A program made the position numbers and the translations under genes. 32,000 bases of DNA from Candidatus Omnitrophota bacterium (GTDB lineage: Bacteria; Omnitrophota; Gorgyraeia; Zapsychrales; JANLHA01). The stretch spans positions 2,130,001-2,162,000 of the forward strand of contig OY759724.1 of NCBI GenBank assembly GCA_963662715.1, written 5' to 3'. The notes beneath the pieces were generated by a model, which was not told the origin of the DNA, did no database searches, and was given only the letters and a program-made list of their open reading frames with translations. Position 1 is the stretch's first letter. Each line of letters starts with the position of its first letter. Positions 16,550 through 24,934 of this stretch are shown one piece after another.

Positions 16550-16580
16550 TCGTATGGCCATCCCCAAGACATGAGAGTTG

Positions 16581-16589
16581 TGTTATAAT
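16581..16589 (+). promoter_or_regulatory. extended -10 element (TGtTATAAT) immediately upstream of or overlapping the helicase start
   Basis: TG at 16581-16582 and TATAAT at 16584-16589. No good -35 element is seen. The second in-frame ATG (16597) lies 7 nt downstream of the -10. Confidence 0.35.
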
Positions 16590-18552
16590 GTCCGTCATGT
16601 CCTTAAAGATTCATTATCAACAGGAATTGAATACGGCTCAATATGAAGCCGTCATGGCCTTGGAAGGTCCGTATTTAGTTATTGCCGGGGCCGGTTCCGG
16701 AAAAACAAGAGTGTTGATCTACCGGACGGCTTATTTGATTGAACAGGGGATCCTTCCTGAACAGGTGCTGCTGCTCACCTTTACCCGCAGAGCCGCGCAG
16801 GAAATGCTCAAAAGAGCTTCCGCGATCTTGGATAACCGCTGCAAGAATGTCGTTGGCGGAACGTTTCATTCTTTCGCCAACACCATATTAAGACATTATG
16901 GCCACCATATCGGCCTGACGCCCCGTTTTATTATTATGGATCAGTCGGATGCTGAGAATGCTGTCCAGAGTTTGCGGGTTCGTCTGGGCTTTGATAAGCT
17001 CGACCGGCGTTTCCCTAAAAAACAGGCCCTTTTATCGATATTATCCTCCAGTATTAACCGGGATGAGGATCTGGAAACAGTGCTGTGCAAGGATTATCCG
17101 CATTTTTTAAACTGGCTTTCGGAAATCGTTCAATTGCAGGAAGAATATACGGAATATAAACGTCAACAGTCTTTGCTCGATTTTGATGATCTGCTGGTTT
17201 TCTTAAAAAAGCTTCTGAGCGAACAGGCCGGTTTGCGGCAGAAATTATCCTTATCCCATCCCTACATCATGGTGGATGAATATCAGGACACTAATAAAAT
17301 TCAGGCTGAGATCGTGCAGCTTTTAGCCTCGGCGCATCAGAATGTTATGGTTGTCGGGGATGACGCGCAGAGTATCTATTCTTTCCGGGGGGCCCATTAC
17401 AAAAACATTATGCGTTTTCCCCAGTTGTTCCCTGAGACAAGGGTTATTCTATTAGAGCAGAATTACCGTTCATCACAGCCTATCCTGGATTTGACCAATC
17501 AGCTGATACGATCGGCTCCGGAAAAATACGAAAAAGAGCTGTTCTCGGAACGGCCGGGCATCCGGATGCCTGTTTACGTTGATGTGCCGCATGAAAACGG
17601 CCAGTCCAAGTTCGTCGTTAATCAGATTATGCAGCTGCAGGAAGAGGGGGTTCCTTTGAGCGATATGGCTGTGCTGTTCCGTTCGGGCTGGCACTCTAAT
17701 GATTTGGAAGTCGAACTGTCAAGCTGGGGCATCCCTTTTATTAAATACGGGGGGCAGAAATTCATTGAAGCGGCCCATATTAAAGACGTGGTCAGTTTTT
17801 TGCGTATCATCGTGCATCCTTATCATGACCTGAGCTGGATCCGGGTCCTGGGGCTTTTGCGCGGGGTGGGCCCGCAAACGGCCCGCCGTGTTGTAAAAGA
17901 GATTACCCGTCAGCAAAAGGGTTTTCACTCTGATTTATCCTCTTTGCGGCCCAAGGAAGGGATCATACGCATGATGGACATGTTTAAGAAGGCGGATGGA
18001 TTTCAGCAGAGACCGGCTGAGACTCTGGACATGGTTCTGGGATACTATTTCCCTTTGTTATCCGATGTCTATGATGATTTTGATAAAAGGATCAATGATC
18101 TGGAATCTTTGCAGCGGATCGCCGCGCGGTATGATTCTTTAGAGTCTTTCTTGTCCGACATGACCTTGGATGCTCCGGAGAAATCCCGGGTCGAGCAAGA
18201 AAGGCGCGCATCCCGGCAGTCCCATCTGGTCTTGTCCACAATACATTCGGCCAAAGGGCTGGAGTGGCACAGCGTTTTCGTGCTTTTTGTCGCGGAAGGT
18301 TATTTGCCGTCATATCAATCCATGAATCATGAAGAAGGCGTGGAAGAAGAGCGCCGGCTGCTTTATGTTGCCATGACCAGAGCGAAAGAGAACCTTTTCC
18401 TTCTCCGTCCTCAGGTGGACCGGTCCGTGCGCTCGGGATTGGACCAGCCGGGCTATGCCTATACCCGGCTTTCCCGTTTCCTGACGGAAGGAGATATTCT
18501 TAACAGGTATATGGATGTGCGGTCGCAATACGGGTATTCAGCGATGCCCTGA
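16588..18552 (+). CDS. UvrD/PcrA/Rep-family ATP-dependent DNA helicase (SF1A)
   Basis: Helicase motifs: I AGAGSGKT, Ia LLLTFTRRAA, II VDEYQDTN, III VGDDAQSIYSFRGA, IV LEQNYRS, V/VI TIHSAKGLEW and LYVAMTRAKE. Start is either 16588 or 16597. Confidence 0.92.
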   Translation: MSVMSLKIHYQQELNTAQYEAVMALEGPYLVIAGAGSGKTRVLIYRTAYLIEQGILPEQVLLLTFTRRAAQEMLKRASAILDNRCKNVVGGTFHSFANTILRHYGHHIGLTPRFIIMDQSDAENAVQSLRVRLGFDKLDRRFPKKQALLSILSSSINRDEDLETVLCKDYPHFLNWLSEIVQLQEEYTEYKRQQSLLDFDDLLVFLKKLLSEQAGLRQKLSLSHPYIMVDEYQDTNKIQAEIVQLLASAHQNVMVVGDDAQSIYSFRGAHYKNIMRFPQLFPETRVILLEQNYRSSQPILDLTNQLIRSAPEKYEKELFSERPGIRMPVYVDVPHENGQSKFVVNQIMQLQEEGVPLSDMAVLFRSGWHSNDLEVELSSWGIPFIKYGGQKFIEAAHIKDVVSFLRIIVHPYHDLSWIRVLGLLRGVGPQTARRVVKEITRQQKGFHSDLSSLRPKEGIIRMMDMFKKADGFQQRPAETLDMVLGYYFPLLSDVYDDFDKRINDLESLQRIAARYDSLESFLSDMTLDAPEKSRVEQERRASRQSHLVLSTIHSAKGLEWHSVFVLFVAEGYLPSYQSMNHEEGVEEERRLLYVAMTRAKENLFLLRPQVDRSVRSGLDQPGYAYTRLSRFLTEGDILNRYMDVRSQYGYSAMP

Positions 18553-18608
18553 TGCGGGGGCAGGGCCTTTTTATTTAACAACATGTGGTTTAACTATTCC
18601 TGAGAACT

Positions 18609-19889
18609 ATGGAAAAAATCCTTTCTTTACCCAAGCTCATCATTAATTTCTTTAACATCTATTTTGAGCAGATTCTCATCATCTTGCTGATATATGTTAT
18701 TGCGGTGGCTGTTTCTCTGGTCGCGATACGTGTTCGCAACATAAGACGGAAGACTCTGGTTAAAATTTTGAACTTTGTTCTGCACTATTGTCTTTTGGCC
18801 GGGTTCGCTATGCTGATCGCGATGACGATATACAGCGGCTTGATCAATCTGACGAAGAAGGCGGCTCTGGATTTTTCGTACAAAGTGACCCCGACCACGG
18901 AATGGGTGAAAGAAGATTTGAAGATTTATTTTATTCATGAGAATCAACTGGTGCGGATTAATGCGAACGGCAGCGACCGGGAAGTGGTGTTTGAATCTCC
19001 GGACACTGTCCGGGCGTATCATTTCTCTCCCGACGGAAAGTTCCTGTTGATCGCCACGGAATATGATCTGTGGATGCTTGACCGGCTTGAGAATGAAAAG
19101 GTCAGAATTGACTTTGTCACTCCGCCTGCGGCTCAGGAGAAGGAGGGTTCTTCTGAGAAGTATAAGGGCGTGCTTGACGGCGTCAACTGGTCTCCGGACA
19201 GCCAGCGTTTTTGTTATCATATCGCGAAATGGACGAATTTTTCTTCGATTCATAACTGGGTTATTTACAATGTGCCGGACAGGACAAAAAGGTCCGTTAA
19301 GAGTCCCTCTTTAAAAATGACATCCTTATTATGGGATACCCAGGGGGAGAGCCTTTATTATCTTTGGTTCAATGCTTTGGACACGACGCTGTATGCCAAC
19401 AGATATGAAGTTCAGGTTTACGAAATTCCTCTCGCGACCCTGAAGCCGAGGCTTATTATCCAATTCCCCTTTGATGAAGAGACGATCCCGCTGGATAATC
19501 TGGCTTTGCGCGATATCCATATTTATACAGGGGGAGAAGACCTGTCTTTTGGCCGCGAGGGGCGTAAACATTATTCCTGGGTTTCCAAACAGGGGTCCCG
19601 GCTCGGGGTTGATGACTTCGATCATCTTTATTATATTCATAACCGCTGGTGGAAAAGGAAGCTGTACCGTATCCCGCGGGTCCCCCGGCGGAGTGATATG
19701 CCGCGTTACCAGTACGGCGGGGGAGAACTGGCCATTCAGCATTTACGGTGGATGCCGTCAGGGCGGTATGTTATGATGGAGCATTATTTCCTGGGCTTGT
19801 TGATCCTGGATCCCCAGACCGGAGAAATAGGACTTCTTGTCAATGAGAAAGAAGGGGATACCTTCGGGTGGTATTCTCCTGAGCCTTAG
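18609..19889 (+). CDS. hypothetical membrane-anchored protein with a TolB/PD40-like beta-propeller region
   Basis: Two N-terminal hydrophobic segments. Repeated YHFSPDGKFLLIA, VNWSPDSQRFCYH and LRWMPSGRYVMM motifs are typical of PD40-type propeller blades. Confidence 0.7.
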   Translation: MEKILSLPKLIINFFNIYFEQILIILLIYVIAVAVSLVAIRVRNIRRKTLVKILNFVLHYCLLAGFAMLIAMTIYSGLINLTKKAALDFSYKVTPTTEWVKEDLKIYFIHENQLVRINANGSDREVVFESPDTVRAYHFSPDGKFLLIATEYDLWMLDRLENEKVRIDFVTPPAAQEKEGSSEKYKGVLDGVNWSPDSQRFCYHIAKWTNFSSIHNWVIYNVPDRTKRSVKSPSLKMTSLLWDTQGESLYYLWFNALDTTLYANRYEVQVYEIPLATLKPRLIIQFPFDEETIPLDNLALRDIHIYTGGEDLSFGREGRKHYSWVSKQGSRLGVDDFDHLYYIHNRWWKRKLYRIPRVPRRSDMPRYQYGGGELAIQHLRWMPSGRYVMMEHYFLGLLILDPQTGEIGLLVNEKEGDTFGWYSPEP

Positions 19890-20016
19890 TGAGCGCTCCC
19901 GGGAGAAGCGGCTTTGTGGAACCCCCGGGGCGTGTGTGAATCCCTGGAGAAGGGAAAACCGTTAAAACAGAAATCCGTTGGCTTTCCGACGGTCAACTGG
20001 TTATGGGAGTTGTTCA

Positions 20017-20853
20017 ATGATATTGCACCGGCCTTTTGTTGTTTTGGATTTGGAAACCACCGGGACGTGGATTGATAAGGACCGTATTATCGAAATCGGG
20101 ATGATCCGTTGTCTTCCCGACGGTGCGCGGTCGGTTTATGAACAAAAAGTCAACCCGGGGATTCCTATCCCTCCGGAAGTTGTGGACGTGACGGGGATTT
20201 CGGATGATATTGTCAAGGATGCTCCCTATTTCCGGCAGATCGCCGGTGATGTGATGCAGTTCTTGGACGGGGCTGATCTGGGCGGTTTTAACCTTGAGAG
20301 ATTTGACTTGCCGCTTCTGGCAAGAGAGTTTTCTGAGGTGGGGATGACCTTTGATTATGCTCAGCGGAATATTTATGATGCCCAGAAGATATACCATTTG
20401 CATGAAAAAAGGGATCTGACGGCCGCTTATGATTTTTATTGTCATAAAGATCTGGAATGTGCGCATTCCGCTATTGCCGATACCGAAGCCACGCTGGAAG
20501 TTCTTGAGGCCCAATTGAAAAAGTACGGAGACGGGGTGGAGGAACTCGAGTGTCTGAGCCGTTTTGATTATAAGCAAAGGACGGATTTTTATGATGCCAA
20601 CAGGAAGTTCCGCTGGTGGAACGGCGAGCTTTATATGATGTTTGGCAAATATGCCCGGAAAGAAACTTTAAAAACGGTTGCGCAGAAAGACCGGAAATAT
20701 TTAGAATGGATTCTAACCCAGAATTTCAGCGAAGACGTCAAAGATCTGGTCGAAGGTGCCTTAGAAGGTCATTTCCCCGAGCCTGTCCGCATAAAACAAA
20801 AATCCATCCCCCCTGAAAAACAAGGGCCGGAATATCAAAAAGAATTATTTTAA
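20017..20853 (+). CDS. DEDDh 3'-5' exonuclease (DnaQ/epsilon-like) with a C-terminal extension
   Basis: ExoI VVLDLETTG, ExoII FNLERFDLPLL region, ExoIII HSAIADTEAT. GGGAG lies 7 nt upstream of ATG 20017. The C-terminal roughly 90 aa (WWNGELYMMFGKYARKETLKTVAQKDRKYLEWIL) resemble a DUF3820-like module. Confidence 0.85.
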   Translation: MILHRPFVVLDLETTGTWIDKDRIIEIGMIRCLPDGARSVYEQKVNPGIPIPPEVVDVTGISDDIVKDAPYFRQIAGDVMQFLDGADLGGFNLERFDLPLLAREFSEVGMTFDYAQRNIYDAQKIYHLHEKRDLTAAYDFYCHKDLECAHSAIADTEATLEVLEAQLKKYGDGVEELECLSRFDYKQRTDFYDANRKFRWWNGELYMMFGKYARKETLKTVAQKDRKYLEWILTQNFSEDVKDLVEGALEGHFPEPVRIKQKSIPPEKQGPEYQKELF

Positions 20854-20876
20854 GTTCTTTATTGCTGAGATTTAAC

Positions 20877-20905
20877 TTGAGCGATATTATACAAAAGGTT
20901 AAAAT
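20877..20905 (+). promoter_or_regulatory. candidate sigma-70 promoter for the SPOR / LpoB-like cluster
   Basis: TTGAGC (20877-20882), a 17-nt spacer, then TAAAAT (20900-20905). Located about 58 nt upstream of ATG 20963. Confidence 0.4.
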
Positions 20906-20962
20906 AAGACACTCAATAAACTATTACCAATATGAATGAAAAATAAGAGGTAGGAGGTGGAT

Positions 20963-21505
20963 ATGAAAAATCAATGGATGATTTGGTTCTTCGTTGCCGG
21001 TGTTGTCGTGATAGTGCTTTTTACATTTAATTATCAGAGCGGAGACGATGTCCTTCCCTTGGGAGATGTTTTCCCGGAAGGGGATCTCGATACGGAACCC
21101 CAGATTGAATATGAATTTGTGCAATCCGAGAGCCGTGTGCTGACGACGCAGGAAAGCAGCCCGGCCGCGGTCCCGGATAAACCTGTCCCGCAAACGGCCG
21201 CCGTACAACCTGCGAGCCAGCGCCCTGTCGTGACTCCGCAGGATTTAGAACAAAGAGATTTTTCTAAAGTCCCCTTCACGATCCAGATCCTTTCCTCAAA
21301 GAACAAGCCCAAAGCTGAAGAGGCTCTGAAAAAAGTTAAAGATTCTGGTTACCCGGCTTATCTGGCTACAAAAGATTTGGGTGAAAAGGGTATCTGGCAC
21401 CGGATTTACATCGGCACTTTTCAGACAAAAGAAGAGGCTGACCAGTATCTGCCAAAAGTCAAAAATAAATATCCTGACAGTTTTATCATCCGTTCTGGAA
21501 AGTGA
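20963..21505 (+). CDS. SPOR domain protein (TM anchor, Pro-rich linker, septal peptidoglycan-binding SPOR domain)
   Basis: AGGAGG lies 5 nt upstream of ATG 20963. TM segment WMIWFFVAGVVVIVLF. The C-terminal FTIQILSSKNKPKAEEALKKVKDSGYPAYL...WHRIYIGTFQTKEEADQY is a typical SPOR sequence. Confidence 0.85.
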   Translation: MKNQWMIWFFVAGVVVIVLFTFNYQSGDDVLPLGDVFPEGDLDTEPQIEYEFVQSESRVLTTQESSPAAVPDKPVPQTAAVQPASQRPVVTPQDLEQRDFSKVPFTIQILSSKNKPKAEEALKKVKDSGYPAYLATKDLGEKGIWHRIYIGTFQTKEEADQYLPKVKNKYPDSFIIRSGK

Positions 21506-21543
21506 AAATTTTTCGGAAAGAATTTATGCAAAGGAGATTTTCT

Positions 21544-22155
21544 ATGCTGAGATTTAGAGGTGTGTGTGTGCTTCTTCTGATATTGTCTGTTGTCGTTTTG
21601 CCGGGCTGTGCTTCAAAGCGGGTTAAACGGCTTGATGCTGAAGACATTGTTGATTTAAGCGGCCGGTGGAATGACACGGATTCGCGTCTGGTCGCCAAGA
21701 CGATGATCGAGGACGCTTTGTCTCATACCTGGAGCCAGACCTTTAGAGAGGCTCACGGCCGTCCTCCTGTCGTGGTCGTCGGTCCGGTGACGAACCGGAG
21801 CCATGAACATATTAATTCCGATGTGTTTATTAAAGATCTGGAAAGGAATTTGTTGAATTCGGGCAAGGTCAAATTTGTCGCCGCTAAAGGTGAGCGGGAC
21901 GCTGTCCGCGATGAACGTTCTTCGCAGCATAAAGGATTCACGGATCCGGAAACGATAAAAGCTTTCGGGAAGGAGACCGGGGCGGATTTAATCGTTATCG
22001 GAAGCATGAATTCCGTCAAGGATGAGTTTAAGGGACGTTATGTTATCCTTTATCAGATCAACTTGGAACTTATTGATATCGAAACCAATCAAAAATTATG
22101 GATAGGTCAGGAAGTCATTAAAAAAGACGTTAAGAGAAGCAAATACTCATTGTGA
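21544..22155 (+). CDS. LpoB-like lipoprotein (penicillin-binding protein activator LpoB family-like)
   Basis: AAGGAG lies 7 nt upstream of ATG 21544. MLRFRGVCVLLLILSVVVLPGC lipobox. VVVGPVTNRSHEHINSDVFIKDLERNLLNSGKVKFVA and ADLIVIGSMNSV...YVILYQINLELIDIETNQKLW follow the LpoB core pattern (compare E. coli LLVDSVNNRTNG...LRNALANNGKFTLV). Confidence 0.7.
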   Translation: MLRFRGVCVLLLILSVVVLPGCASKRVKRLDAEDIVDLSGRWNDTDSRLVAKTMIEDALSHTWSQTFREAHGRPPVVVVGPVTNRSHEHINSDVFIKDLERNLLNSGKVKFVAAKGERDAVRDERSSQHKGFTDPETIKAFGKETGADLIVIGSMNSVKDEFKGRYVILYQINLELIDIETNQKLWIGQEVIKKDVKRSKYSL

Positions 22156-22229
22156 TTATAAAGGATCCTTTTTTGTCCCGGAGGCCATCTCCCGCATCCT
22201 TTGCCCAGTATGTTTTTTTTAATCTAAAA

Positions 22230-23567
22230 ATGTCTATCCCTGCCCGCCGTGATATCTTTCCGTTGTTGTTGGGCCTGTCGGTCTTGTTCCTCTCCTCCTG
22301 TGCGTCTGTTTCCTCTGTCCAGCCGCTCGTCAGGCAATTGTCTGTCTCAGGACGTTATGATAAAGCATTGCAAGTTCTTGAGGACCAGAAGGCTGTTTAC
22401 GGAAGCAGGAACCGTCTCCTGTATAACCTTGACCGGGGCATGGTGCTTCATCTCAGCGGCCAGTACCAGGAGAGTATCGATGCTTTTGAAAAAGCCAAAC
22501 AGCAACATGAGGCATTGTATACGGAATCATTGTCCAAAATCGGTTCCAGCTGGTTATGGAATGATAATCTTCTCCCTTACCGGGGGGAGGATTATGAACG
22601 CGTCATGATCAATATCTTCCAGGCTTTGAATTTTGCGGCTCAGGGGGATTTCGAGGCCGCTTTGGTTGAAGCCCGGGATGTGGATGTCAAGCTGACAGCC
22701 ATGAACCTTCTTTACGCCGCTGAACAGAAGAATGTTTACCGGGAAGATGCTTTTGCCAGGATGTTGTCCGGTATTCTTTACGAGGCGTCCGGAACGTATG
22801 CTGATCTGAATGATGCCTTTATTTCGTATGAGAAAGCCTATCAGGTCTATCTGTCGGATTATAAGGTCAATTACGGCCTTGATCCTCCCCGGATTCTTAA
22901 AGAAAACCTCTGCACTTTAGCGCGGTGGATGGGGGGCTCAACCTGGGAAAAATATAAAGATCTGCTTCCGCAGGAAAACTGCCTGTCCTTGCAGGAAAAA
23001 TCTCAGAAAGGAGAAATCTTTTTTATTCAATACCATGGATATTCTCCTGTTAAAAAGGCGGAATCGGTTCTGCTGCCCATGCCCGGCGGATATGTCTCAA
23101 GTTTTTCCTTCCCGAAATATCAATCACTGCCCTACGGGCCCGGCGACCGGGTGATCCGCGCAGAGAATTTGCAGAAAGACATATTTTATGCGGAAACGTA
23201 TTTAGGCCAGGATATTGATCGTATCGCCAAGAAGAATTTAGCGGACAGAAAAGTCAGGATATTAGTCAAAGGCGTGGCGAGGCCGGTCGGCCGGTATTTT
23301 GTCGAGAGGCATGTTGAGAATGAGACAGAAAAAAAACACGGGAAAAGGGAAGCCGGCTGGTTTAGGCTTTTGGCGAGCCTGTTTAATATGGCTGCCGAGA
23401 AAGCTGATTTGCGGTCCTGGCAGACTTTGCCGGGTGAAATCAGAATAGCCCGGCTTATTCTTGATCCCGGGGCTTACGTGATTTACTTAAACGATAAAGA
23501 TGTTCTTGCCGAGGTGTCTTTAGCTGCGGGTGAAAAGAAGTTTATCATTTTCCGAACTCTAAAATAA
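22230..23567 (+). CDS. hypothetical large lipoprotein with a TPR-like helical N-terminal region
   Basis: From ATG 22230 the product starts MSIPARRDIFPLLLGLSVLFLSSC (lipobox). Helical-repeat-like sequence follows (YDKALQVLEDQK..., YQESIDAFEKAKQ, GDFEAALVEARDV). A GTG at 22152 overlapping the previous stop is an alternative start. Confidence 0.7.
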   Translation: MSIPARRDIFPLLLGLSVLFLSSCASVSSVQPLVRQLSVSGRYDKALQVLEDQKAVYGSRNRLLYNLDRGMVLHLSGQYQESIDAFEKAKQQHEALYTESLSKIGSSWLWNDNLLPYRGEDYERVMINIFQALNFAAQGDFEAALVEARDVDVKLTAMNLLYAAEQKNVYREDAFARMLSGILYEASGTYADLNDAFISYEKAYQVYLSDYKVNYGLDPPRILKENLCTLARWMGGSTWEKYKDLLPQENCLSLQEKSQKGEIFFIQYHGYSPVKKAESVLLPMPGGYVSSFSFPKYQSLPYGPGDRVIRAENLQKDIFYAETYLGQDIDRIAKKNLADRKVRILVKGVARPVGRYFVERHVENETEKKHGKREAGWFRLLASLFNMAAEKADLRSWQTLPGEIRIARLILDPGAYVIYLNDKDVLAEVSLAAGEKKFIIFRTLK

Positions 23568-23814
23568 GATCGGGGGCCTTGATTCCTGGGGAAGGGGCTT
23601 GTCGTCTTTCGGGGGGAGGATGAAAACAGGCTTCCTGAACGATTTTTAGTTTGCGTAAAGCTGGAAAAGTGTGTAGTATAAAATTTTAATAAACCGGGAG
23701 AATGCCGGCTGTCTGGTGCGGGCCGGCCTGTCCGGCAGGAGAAGATTGAATAAATAAAGGAGAAGCTTCGGGCTTTGTTGCTTGGCCCGCGTTGGGGATA
23801 ACCGGAGCCGTCTG

Positions 23815-24411
23815 ATGCCTAAAAGAAATAAACAAATCGTTGCTGTCTTTATCGTTTTGGCCGGGGTCTTGCTTATCGTAGGCATGAAACTGCTTCTCAG
23901 GATGAGTCACGGGCCGGAAGAGCCGTCTCTGCGGCGCACGAAAGGGAATCCCCGGGCGCGTATTCAGGTTGTAGAATATTTGGATTTTGGTTGTCCGGCT
24001 TGTGCCGTCGGGGTGGATGTCCTTAATACGTACTTAAAACAATACCCGCAAGACATTTTTATTTCCTTGAAATATTTCCCCCTGCACGAGATGACAAGTG
24101 CGGTCTATGCGGAATGTTCGGCCCGCCAAGATAAGTTCTGGAATTTTACGGACCGTTTGTTCTCCCAACAGGCAGAATGGAAGAAGAGTAAGGACCGGAA
24201 ACTGTTTCTTGATCAGATCATCAAAGATATCGGCCTGGAACAGGAAGAATTCCAGGCTTGTCTGCAGGATGAAAGTGTTTTGGCTGTTATTAAAGAATGT
24301 CAAGAGCAGGGCAAGGCGAAGGGCATCCGCTCAACGCCGACCTTTTTTGTCAATGGTAAAATGATGATAGGTCCCAGTGCTTTGAAGTCTGCGCTGGAGG
24401 AGAATCTTTGA
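23815..24411 (+). CDS. membrane-anchored DsbA-family thiol:disulfide oxidoreductase
   Basis: N-terminal TM IVAVFIVLAGVLLIVGM. Thioredoxin-fold active site EYLDFGCPACA (CPAC). C-terminal GIRSTPTFFVNG (cis-Pro loop). Confidence 0.85.
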   Translation: MPKRNKQIVAVFIVLAGVLLIVGMKLLLRMSHGPEEPSLRRTKGNPRARIQVVEYLDFGCPACAVGVDVLNTYLKQYPQDIFISLKYFPLHEMTSAVYAECSARQDKFWNFTDRLFSQQAEWKKSKDRKLFLDQIIKDIGLEQEEFQACLQDESVLAVIKECQEQGKAKGIRSTPTFFVNGKMMIGPSALKSALEENL

Positions 24412-24466
24412 CCGCTTCGGTCGTGCTCAGGAATCCAGGACATGTGATGTCCTGCGAAAAAAAGAA

Positions 24467-24934
24467 TTGCCCATGAGAAATCAATTGAATATTTGTGTTA
24501 TTCTGAGAGGGATGATAGGGGTGTTTTTTATTGTTGTTTCCGCGGAGAAACTGTTGACCCCCTATGAAAACCTTTTGTTTGTCATTCAAGGCTACGATAT
24601 TTTTCCCCCTTTCCTGGAAGATGTCGCCGCCATCTCCGCCCCTTGGTTTGAATTTTTCCTCGGCGTTTTTCTTGCTTTGGGATTATGGATTAAACCTGTC
24701 CTCTGGGCTTTTGTTGCTTTTATCTGCGCCTTTATTCTTTTGCTCGCCCAAGCTATCATAAGGCAGCTGCCTCTGAAAGACTGCGGGTGCTATGGTGAGT
24801 TGCTTTCTTTACCCCTTCATGTTAGTATAATGATTGATGTGGGGTTGCTTCTTTGCGTGGTTTGGCTTATGAAGCATTTATCACAAACGTCGTCTTTGAG
24901 CCTGGACCGGTTTTTTGAATCAAAAGATACATGA
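24467..24934 (+). CDS. MauE/DoxX-family integral membrane protein
   Basis: Four hydrophobic segments. The pattern G..FIVVSAEKLL near the N-terminus and the CGCYG motif after TM3 (LKDCGCYGELLS) are typical of the MauE/DoxX-like family. Confidence 0.75.
   Translation: MPMRNQLNICVILRGMIGVFFIVVSAEKLLTPYENLLFVIQGYDIFPPFLEDVAAISAPWFEFFLGVFLALGLWIKPVLWAFVAFICAFILLLAQAIIRQLPLKDCGCYGELLSLPLHVSIMIDVGLLLCVVWLMKHLSQTSSLSLDRFFESKDT

Noticed and set aside
21395-21410. A sigma-54-like element, TGGCAC-N5-TTACA, upstream of the LpoB-like gene.
   Set aside because: The essential -12 GC is replaced (TTAC instead of TTGC). It lies inside the SPOR coding sequence. No enhancer-binding protein gene is nearby.
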